Below are positions 53,843 through 64,000 of a stretch of 64,000 nucleotides of DNA, one piece after another. This DNA is from Octopus vulgaris (taxonomy: Eukaryota): assembly GCA_951406725.2 (NCBI GenBank), contig OX597822.1, forward strand, positions 50,158,001-50,222,000. The letters run 5' to 3'. Both the position numbers and the translations under genes were made by a program. The notes beneath the pieces were generated by a model that ran no database searches, had not been told where the DNA came from, and saw only the letters and a list, made by a program, of their open reading frames with translations. The number at the start of each line of letters is the position of its first letter. The first letter of the stretch is position 1.

Positions 53843-53846
<4 letters not shown>
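53650..53846 (+). mobile_element. ~200-bp hammerhead-bearing mini-element between TA tracts (motif at 53726-53756)
   Basis: gttt-CCGACGA-t-gagc-tcc-gctc-GAAA-cg-TT, then tttcctgagcg; the 3' arm of stem I appears deleted. Confidence 0.6.
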
Positions 53847-53904
<58 letters not shown>

Positions 53905-54689
53905 TCTATTTACACACTAACAGAGGCGCACGCGCAGACTTATACGCACCCACACACACACATATACGCACACACCCACACATATCGCTTTATGTTTCTC
54001 ACCTTTTAGAAATGGTAAAATGTCATGAATTACTTGAACTAGTAAAACTTCACCCACATCAGGGGCATGCCATGTTAAATAATCGTTTGGCATGCGGGGG
54101 AATCTACATAAACGTAGATCTCCCAGCACCAGCATCGTATGGGTGCATCGTTCACCTTATCTTTGTCACCAGTGGTCATCTTATGAAGACATTAATAGAT
54201 ATTAACTAAATTTCCATTGAGGTCCAATAGGTATTTGCGAACAACTCGCCTAATAATAGACTTGGATGAATCAAATCAGCGTATGACATTTCACAATGTC
54301 TATCTTTTCACTGGAAGGTAAAGTATTATCGTCTGACGGGTTCATTTCCCATAACAGAGATTACTAATGTTGAAAGAAAATCAAGGAAACACTAGAATAT
54401 GCCAGTTGCTTTTAGGCAATGTCAATCATGTGTTTGCAAGTGTACAAAATGAAAAGGCATCTTGTATGTTTGATACTGGAGTGTGAGCCGACTGTTTGGT
54501 GCAACACTCCTCAGTTCTCTTTCGGATTTTCAAAATGGTCAACTGTTTTTTTTTCCAAATTCGTGTGGCTTTCTCTGTCTCTATCTCTCCGCGTGGTCTA
54601 ATATGTGTATCATATATTAAAGTACAGACATGTTGCAGAAAACGATAAGAGACGATTACCATGCATCACAATGTTATGAGAGGTGGCCT

Positions 54690-54880
54690 ATGCACTGAAA
54701 TAATATTGGCTGCAGCATAGTGAACATCACTAGATTGATATAAAAATTTGATAATTGCCCAGAGGAGATGACCTGTTTTATAAATGTATCTCGTCGCTTA
54801 TTGGTATGAGATGATGCAGTCATTTCACAACAGAAACATTTTAGAGTTTCCGATCCATCCAACGAATATTACGACAAGGG
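54690..54880 (-). mobile_element. Possible TTF-type zinc finger of a hAT transposase, decayed
   Basis: YSLDGSETLKCFCC...FI / KTG...WAIIKF.YQSSDVHYAA across a frameshift resembles YS....FC..C...F..G..W....F..H..S..H. Confidence 0.3.
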
Positions 54881-57124
54881 GCGGAAACAGCAAGCGGCAG
54901 ATTAAAGGTCGCTGTTTCTCGATTAGAGCGCCTTCAGACAGTTTTAATTGAAACTACTTATGTTGCCGTAAAATAAATGAGTTCCTTCACTTCGTGGCAA
55001 TGGAAATTTCAACAATAGTTGAACCGGCTTCTATCTATAGGAAGATACGACGAATTAAACTGTAAACCCTACATGTGAATGATTTGCATTTCCATACTGT
55101 TGGTATTGATAGCCGCCTACTTTAATTTGTATTTGTAACATATATGTGAATCTCTCAAGTTCATATAAAGCATATGAAATGATTCCACAAAGAAAATTAC
55201 TTCCTGTGTACTCTCTGCTATTGTAGATGTTTTGTTTATTTATATTTTATTTGGAATGTAAATGCAATCTAGAAAACACACCACTTATGCGTGTGTGTGT
55301 GTGAGTGTGTTTGCATTTGCATGTGTGTTAGGAAATCATCGAAAATAACAATCACGGTGAGTAGCAGTAGTTGATGAGTTTTACAAGCTAAAGCACCACA
55401 GCGCTATGCGAAACTTTCGAATTGAAAGAATTACAGACATTATGACATTTCATTCTTTCGTGAGAATTTAAATCAAATTCAAGCAAGATTTAATCTCCAT
55501 TTCTAATAGACCAAGCAAAAGCATTGAACACCTTTCTAGAAGTGTATCTCTATAAGGTAAAAGTGACGTGGGAATTAAAGTGAATGAAAATATTTCAGGT
55601 CATTTGAATTAAGAAAATATTATCTACTACGACAATCGATGTGTATCGACGAAAATATATTTTCAGTTAAGCTGAAAGTTATCTGAAATCTAAAGCTTGT
55701 AGAAAGAATGTATTTAAAAAAAAAAAAATGTTTCGTTTGATGATAACTAATGCGACAAATCTTCAGACCCAAGAGAAGAGAATGTATTATGATTTTAAAT
55801 AATGGACTTATGGTAATGGCTACGAGCACTTATTCAAATATATGTAAACACATTTTAAACAATATTTTTAAAAAATCAAGCCCCACCTTCATACAACCGG
55901 CTTTAGAATATATTGGCTCCCCTCTTTTATCTATATTATTTCGAATATTTGCATATCTTTAGATCATTGCATAAAATTTACAAATATTATCCCAAAACGA
56001 TGTAAACGACTTTATATTCCTGGACATTGTTTTCATGAAAATACATATTATATTTTCAAAATAACAGTTTACAGCGTATACTTCTGAACTAAGTATTAAC
56101 TAAATTGATTGCTTTCGGAAACAAAAACAACAATTTGAAAGTCTCACGCGAAACAAATATATTGTTTAGCAATATTTTTTCTTTATACTTTCAAATACTT
56201 TAGAACTACTAAATAAAACGGGAATGATCATACAAACTATATAATTTGGAATACTTGTATCTTTCGAGTTTCATTTATTAACCACCAGAGAATTAATTTA
56301 CATATATAAAACATTCAATTTCTTAATAACATACGACATTCGCGCGAATATTGACTTCCTTACTGTGTTATAATAGCTATATGATATGGTAGTTAAAGAT
56401 ATACGGCGCTACTCCTCTTAGCGCTTGTATGTAAATGTTCATTCATTAATTAATGTCCCTTATATTATCTATATAAGTTAAATATGATAAATATCTAGCT
56501 GTATTAATATTGACAAACATACACATACATACAAACTCATAAACACAGACATAGACACACATACACACAAGAATTAGTTTATGTAAAAAAGATATCTCGA
56601 ATTTATATATACATGTATGTATGTATGAATGTATGTGTGTGTGTGTCTATCCAAATTAAAAGATCGGGGACGGAGAAGAGAGTAAGTTAATGAAGTGTTG
56701 TAGAAAGTAAGGAAACAACATAAAAGAATGATGATAATAACTGTGTTGTTAAGCAACACGTGGGGAATTAGCATCAACAGTTCTCTGCAAGCCCAAAACG
56801 AGTTCAATTCTGTGGATGCTAACTTTGCGTTTCGTCACTCTTGGGGATGATAAATAACGAACCAACCAAGTAATGAGACAATAATTATTCTCTCTCTCAC
56901 AATTTTTATATGGTTTGCAGAAATCAGCTGTTACAAAATTAGAGAGAGATGAGTTCCCCCAGAAAACAAAAAAAAAATCATCTTTCTCAGTAAACTAACA
57001 GGCAAAATAATATTTAAGTGAATTCCAAATACAACAAATCTCAGAAGTAGACGTACTGGAAACATGCACAGAAAAGTTAATCGTATGAAAGCCCATGCTA
57101 AAACTGCTGCCTTAGATATTCTAA

Positions 57125-57397
57125 CTGATAAATGGCAAGAAAATTCTCTGAATGGTTAATACCAAAGAGATCTAACAAAGCCGCTGTTGACAAAGCACTT
57201 ACCCGTCAATGTGTCTTCTGGATTAAAATCAGAATCAGACGGGTTTATCATGGCAGTCCAATATCAATACCTACCTACAGTGAACTTCCAGGTCAACATA
57301 TTATACAGGGGCAGTAGCCCAACATGTCACGTAGGTAAACAACAAAAGGAAACCATTGATCATGTTGTCTCCATGTGCAATCTTTTTGCACCTACAG
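57125..57397 (+). mobile_element. R4/Dong-like LINE fragment (pre-RLE zinc-knuckle region)
   Basis: KWQE..LNG / VDKALT / SGLKSESDGFIMAVQYQ.L.T....CHVG..QKETIDHVVSMC. Confidence 0.75.
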
Positions 57398-57429
57398 TTT
57401 CTGTTGCTTTCCTAAACTGGACTAAAGAA

Positions 57430-58005
57430 TAACTAATAGGAAAAACCACGCACAAGATGTCCATGTACGGGTTGCTACATTCCAGAGAAGGTTTGCTTAT
57501 CATTATAGGGTGTAGTAACCTGCACCGTCACCTCACTACCTTTATTATCTAAACTAAACTAGACACTTACTTTATACCCAAGTTACTACTCCTAAAAGTT
57601 TGACAATATTTATGAACATACCAAGCAATGGGCTATCAATTCACACTTGCCCTCTATTTTAAACAGACAGTCATCTAGTCTTAGATTTAGTAGTTGATAA
57701 AAAGACAAATAAAGTGGAAATGAACCACAATCCTTTATAAGCTATGACCCAAACACGATTCATGCATTTCCTGGAAGTGTAGTATATTCTTAGCTACAAT
57801 AGCGACAACATGGAATTATTTCATCTTCTTGCACTTTTAGAGTATTTGAGTAAAATTATATTAAAATTATATTAAAATTACAATTCTATTTATTTATTTA
57901 TTTATTTATTTATTTATTTGCGCAGCGGATTATAGCCCTGCTTTTAAACTGATGTCAGGATTGCATTGTTCAATTAAATAGAGCCGCTTGAAACGGTCGT
58001 GCTGC
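57430..58005 (+). mobile_element. PLE GIY-YIG remnant followed by a degenerate hammerhead (57949-57998)
   Basis: IGKTTHKMS...LLH...SNLH.HL; GLSI...ILNRQ; then CTGATGT...GAAA-cgg-TC. Confidence 0.4.
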
Positions 58006-58139
58006 ATCATTTCTTTATATCCTGTTGCTTATTTAGATTTTATTCAGCTTACTTCGAGTTTTTCGGATAATACCGGACTGACTTAAGAACCTAATTAAAA
58101 TGAATCTCAATTATTTGTATATACAAATATGCATACATG

Positions 58140-58280
<141 letters not shown>

Positions 58281-59369
58281 ATTCATCTACACATATACAT
58301 ACATGTAAATATATGTAAATCACACACAAATATATGATAATAATGTCGTTCTGATCATATCCCCTCAATAGGAAAAAAGATGGAAAGAAAATTACTCCCC
58401 CAAGCACACACACGTACAAACACACATACACATATAAAACAAAACAAATGGTAAATGATTGCACACTAATTCTCTGAATGACTATCTTCAAAAGAAACAT
58501 TTAACAATTTTATCTCAATAGAGAAAGAAAAAAAGAATTCTTTTTTACAAGATTGACACATATGGAAAAAATATTTTTCTTTGTTTGGATATTTCGTTTT
58601 CCTTTGTTCCTGGGCACCAATATATTTTCCCTATCTATTCCATTGGTAATTAGTCCTAGTGGGAATGCTCTTCGGATGAGTATGTTTTAAGTTCTTCCCC
58701 TCTTTGTCCACACTTAGATGGGTCTAACATAATTGTACAAATTCGTTTTGCCAGGTTAAACGGAATATTCAGTTTGGTGAATATACAACTGGTAAATAAT
58801 TCCACCCTAATTCTCTAAATAACCTTAAAAACATTTAACCATTTTCTGCCAATAGAAAAAGGAAAAAAGAAAAATGATTTAACAATAGATTCCAAACACA
58901 CACACACAGAACTGGTTAAACCAGGAATAAGAGGTTTCCCATTCAGTTCAAAAGACTTCTTGAAACTTGAACTCTTGAAACTGCATAGGCAAAACATTTA
59001 TAAGAGACTGACTAAAGAAAAGTTTCATTCAGAACTTAAATTTAGGTACAAAATGTTAAACTCCACCCACAATTTTTTGTTATCATTAACTCCCCACAAA
59101 ATTCTTTCTAATATTTCTAACATTTAACAAGATGGATACATCAAAACCGGTAATAGTTTATTAAACACCCACTGAAATATACTTCGGTCTTTTTTCCAAG
59201 GATCTTTCTTTTATATATAGCTATTTTTATACAGTTGTCAATTGTGGAACATGACTGTCATTACATAAACCCGATGCCCGCGTAACGTATGGACGTAAAT
59301 GTATATTTCAATATTGTAAAATTGTAATATTGTAAAGAGGCAAATAATAAAACTATTGGAATTTCATTG

Positions 59370-59400
<31 letters not shown>

Positions 59401-60949
59401 CACACACACACACACACACACACATACACACACATATATATATATATGCAAGCGCGTGTTTGTGCATGTGTGTGTGTATATGTGTGTGTGCAAGTGTATG
59501 CGTGGATGTTTGTTTCTGTGTGTGTGTGTGTACAAAGATAAGCGTGGACGGGTATAAAGAATGTTTACATCCTCTGAAAAGCATGTTGTGATTCTGCTGC
59601 TGAAACGATCAGGATCTATGCTAGTTTATACTTTGCTTTACATTTACGTTTACATGAGATATTTCCTTAGTATTGCATCTGCTTGCATAAATGCGTTGTT
59701 TTAACAACTAATCATAAACCATTCGAAAAAAAAAACTCTTGAGATAAGACTTGATGACATGAAAAGCTGCATATACAGCTTTTCACATGAATACATTCCG
59801 TACATCTGTTATCATTTGTGCGTTTCAACTTTCATAATGCACAATATCGATCTTCTAAACGAACTTTCCGTTTCCAGAATATCTCACCCTGATGGAGTTA
59901 GAATTCAAGATTCAGACCGCGCTGAGCATGATTATATATACCATGTTTAAACTAGATTTTTATTCCCATTTTCATATTCATGTGAGTACACACTGCACGT
60001 AAATTCCGATGCTCTTTCTTTCTTTTCCTTTCCTTTTTGTCAATCTTCCCTCTGACCACCTTACTTCTATTGTTTGTTTTTTTTCTGTTTATCCCTCTCA
60101 CTTTATCATTCTCCATCTTTTTCCAGTGCACTATTCATTTATTACCTTTCTTTCTCTCCGCAATCCATATCTCTACCAAGCGTCACTTTCTGTCTGCCAA
60201 TTTTCTCTTTCTATCTAGTTTCCATTTCTTCCTCCGTCCACTTCTGTCAACTATTTTCCACTCCCCGTCTCTCGCTCTCCCTTCACTCTTTTCTTCCTAT
60301 GTATTCTTCCATTCCCCGCTTCCTTCTCAACGTCGTCTTTGAAGGAGACTTACCTCTTCTCCACCCTATGCCTTTCTCACTACTCATTAATAATATCTTT
60401 CTCCTCCTACCTTTTCTGTACCACATAACCACCCTTACCCCCCCCCCCCCCCGTTCATTCATTCTTTTCCTGCTTGACCGCTGACCTTCCTTCCTCCCAT
60501 CCTTCTATCTCTTTAATTTTCTTTTGAAGTCGTATGAGACATTTTCCCATTAGCCTTACTTCTGCACATATCCTGTCTTAATGCCGTCTGATAGACGTAA
60601 GACGCTTATATATACGCATATATTTATAATGTCGCTTTCATTTTGTCTTGTCCTCATTCTGTCGTTGTTTATAATCTCATGTTTTCGACACTGTTCCGTG
60701 TGTCCACTCATTAATTTCAGCAGGTTTTTTTGAAATTGTGTTGATTTTTCCCCGATAATATATGTGGACTGAGTATGTCTTTGTCATATGTGCATGTTTT
60801 CGTCTGTTCCTCTGTCATCCGCCTGACCATATTTTTATTCTTATATATATATATATATATATGATTACACACAAACACGCGCGCGCGCACACACACAGAC
60901 GCATATATATAAGGATTGTATAGGTAAAATAGTCTTATAGTCACCCGCA

Positions 60950-62370
60950 ATATGAACGATGTCCTTAGAGAGAATCTTATTGTATTCTGTCAAAGAGTGA
61001 GCTTCAAAATTTTGAATACGTACAACCTTAGTAATGTTAATTTTTTAGAGCTTGATCTTGACTAAGAATCAAATAATTTTAACCCCTTTCGAAGCTTAAT
61101 GAAAGGCTCTACTACATTGACAAAGGATCCTATCACCTACCTGACATTCTTAGGAATATAGTTAGAAACATAGGAAAGCGTATTTCGAACGGAACAGCTT
61201 TTCAAAATGCCACCCCGCACGTAGTCATGCTCTGAATAGCAGTGGATTCTCAGAGAAAATCCAATATATTACTAACGAATGTAACCACAGTAGACCGCTT
61301 AGGACTAGCACTAATAGGGTTTCGGGGGTTCAATCTATCCTTCACCGTTAGAAGTAATATAGGCAAAGAATATTTAAATTTAGCTTCTAGGCACTTTCAA
61401 GCCAAACATAAATGCCATAGAATCTTCCATAAACTATTGTTGTCCCGAAAATTTTACCTCTCAAGCCTTTCTAATAAACCGGTACAGCGCAAAGATCGTA
61501 AACAAAACTGACGGTGCTAGAGAAAGAGATAACCCATAGTTGCTGTCATTTAGGAGGTAATTGCCTAATCAAAGGCATAGCCTGTAGAGCCGAAGTCAGG
61601 ATGGATAAAATGGGTGCATACGAGACAAATACTGGCTCTATAGAAAATTCTTTGAAAACGATGCTATATCAACATAGAAATTATTTTACGCACTCGGAAA
61701 ATAGAACTACAACGCGCCTGGGAAAACATATATGGTATTTAATGAAGCGGGTTCTTCGCCGTTTAAAATCTACTGGTCTGTTTTAGAAAAGGCTGCCCCA
61801 TAAAAACACCTAATGAGAACCTCAATTTATGCCTGAGCGAACACTTCTATATTCTATTGCTGGTAGACATACTCTATACCTATTTCTTTATTACCCACAA
61901 GGGGCTAAACATAGAAGGGACAAACATGGACAGACATAGGTATTAAGTCGATTATATCGACCCCAGTGCTTAACTGGTACTTAATTTACCGACCCCGAAA
62001 GGATGAAAGGCAAAGTCGACCTCGGCGGAATTTGAACTCACAACGTAACGGCAGCCGAAATACCTATTTCTTTACTACCCACAAGGGGCTAAACACAGAG
62101 AAGACAAAGGACAGACAAACGGATTAAGTCGATTATATCGACCCCAGTGCGTAACTGGTACTTATTTAATCGACCCCGAAAGGATGAAAGGCAAAGTCGA
62201 CCTCGGCGGAATTTGAACTCACAACGTAACGGCAGCCGAAATACCGCTAAGCATTTCACCCGACGTGCTAACGATTCTGCTAGCTCGCCGACATACTCTA
62301 TACCGGGAGAAAGAGCACCTGAACCATTGTATAGCCACACTACCAAATATCTTATGAAATGCCAAACAAT
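60950..62370 (+). mobile_element. Penelope-like element (RT thumb + Cys-rich GIY-YIG, possibly Naiad-like), interrupted by a SINE dimer
   Basis: VNFLELDL..FNPFR..YYIDKGSYH.PDILRNI; FNLSFTVRSNIGKEYLNL..RHF; CHLGGNCLIKGIACRAEV...HRNYF...TTRLGKHIW / WSVLEKA / NLCLSE. Confidence 0.8.
61881..62289 (-). mobile_element. Head-to-tail SINE dimer (full copy 62065-62289 + 3' partial copy 61881-62064) with 15-bp TSD
   Basis: TSD gacatactctatacc at 61866-61880 and 62290-62304; the two internal copies join at ATACC. Confidence 0.92.
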
Positions 62371-64000
62371 TCCATCCGGATAGAAAATATTTGGTCTCGA
62401 CATTCTCTGTCTTTACCGAATATAAACCAGCCTAATTTAATTTTTATTCTTATTCAAAATACACGGTAAAACGACCTTCAACTATTTCAAAAGCTATTTC
62501 AACAATTTCGAACGGCCCCATCTGTTTTTTTCCTACCGAACTCTACAAAACTTTATCATTAACTTTTGCTAACCGACTTCAATTTTTAATTGTAACTTTC
62601 TAAATTATAATTTATAATTTTAAACGCATGTCCACAGAGAAATTCATTATCATAATTCGTGTACATCTGAAGTCTTTGCAAGCTCTACTTATTATCCAAT
62701 TTACGTCTTATAATTTCTATTCTTATAACACTGATCATTTTGTTCGGCTTACCTTATATTTGCTAATTTGTACTTTATAAAATATGTGTATAAACACTTG
62801 CTGTTTTGTACTTTATTAAATGTGTGTATAAATATTTGCCGTTTTGCATTTTATAAAATGTGTAAGGTACATCCAAATGAATGATATCACCTAACAAAAT
62901 GTATTTTAGCTTTATTTACGATTTAATATTTCGTTTAAATTTATTTTATTTTTTTATCACTTCCGTTTATGGATGCGCTAACTTAATTTTTCCAGTCGTT
63001 CTCTTACTTTCATATATTTAACACATTGGTCTCTTACCTACGAATGAATAAAGCAAGTGTGTTGTGTGTATATGTATGTATTTTACAGGCATTTATAAGA
63101 ATCTATAAATATTCGGTGTGCGGCTTTGGGAGTGTATGTGTCTTTGTGTGTGCATAAGTATATTTGTTTCTATGTATGTGCATATATATGTATGTGTATG
63201 CACGTATATATATATACTTATTTAATACTTATTGCCATGTATAGATGTCCTTATATTCCTTCTATACATTTATTATACGATGCTTTACTACCGCTCTATA
63301 ATCTCTCACTAGTCTGCTTCTTCGGTATTGATTCGCTACAACTATATTCACAAGAAGATCATCCAACTTACCCACCGTTCCCGGTTTTATAAACCATACC
63401 AGTTGCTTCTCTCTTTCTCTCTCCTCTTTCCCCGCAATTCTTGGTTCCTCTTCCTTTATTTTCTATTTCCTCTCCCTACAGCCACAGTCTAATAACGCTT
63501 TCGTTATTTCTTCCCTTTTCTTTACCTTTTTTCTTTCTTGCAATTGCGAATTTATATTCATGTATGTACACCGTAGATGTATGTACACGCGTATGCATAC
63601 GCAAATATATTTGCACTCATCTGTATATGTACACACATATATGTGCATTTTATGTGCTTGTAATATCAATGGATGTGTCTATGTGTTATGTGTGTGTGTG
63701 TGTATGTGTATGAGCACATTATTATGTTTCTGTGTACTCATATATACGTATCTATATCTATATATAAGTATATATGTCCATATATGTTTTTAAGTATATA
63801 TTTATATTTGTACACTGTAAGATCGTTATTGACCTTATTTATTTTTAATCTCATGTTCTTCCAATCTCATTACGAAATATTAATTATTAATTATTTATTT
63901 TCTGCATATTCCCCATATTTCACGCAAGGTTATTTTTTCGATCTCATATTTATTTTTATACTTTACTGCATATTTTCACATACCCTTACATGTAACGAAA

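Noticed and set aside
55599-56100. Possible sulfotransferase-like pseudo-exon
   Set aside because: Multiple stops and no convincing catalytic motif
60009-60484. Three overlapping hydrophobic ORFs
   Set aside because: CT-rich low-complexity tract that lacks stops in all frames
61514-61860. Selenocysteine (TGA for Cys) in the Naiad-like endonuclease
   Set aside because: The Cys positions I could identify here and at 804-817 are TGT/TGC or otherwise mutated; no in-frame TGA at Cys sites

Overview
AT-rich, repeat-saturated eukaryotic DNA with no confidently identifiable host gene. The SINE families, the (TA)n/(CA)n/(AAT)n density and the transposon mix look like an octopus (cephalopod) intergenic or intronic region; this is an inference from recalled repeat sequences. 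Nearly all long ORFs in the track are microsatellite artefacts. The real coding remnants are decayed mobile elements: Penelope-like elements (PLEs; RT thumb and GIY-YIG), R4/Dong-like RLE LINEs, an RTE LINE, Helitron Pif1 and N-terminal pieces, mariner, and a Chapaev-type transposase. At least three tRNA-derived SINE families are also present. The most striking unexplained structure is a fleet of about 12 short (200-700 bp) non-coding modules, each sitting between (TA)n tracts. Several carry minimal hammerhead-ribozyme motifs (one intact at 35081-35137) and many form fold-back palindromes. One (36575-37242) reads as 1.19 copies of a 479-bp hammerhead-containing monomer plus a fold-back arm, which fits PLE-mobilised, retrozyme-like circular-RNA intermediates targeting TA microsatellites. 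All alignments and translations were done by eye.
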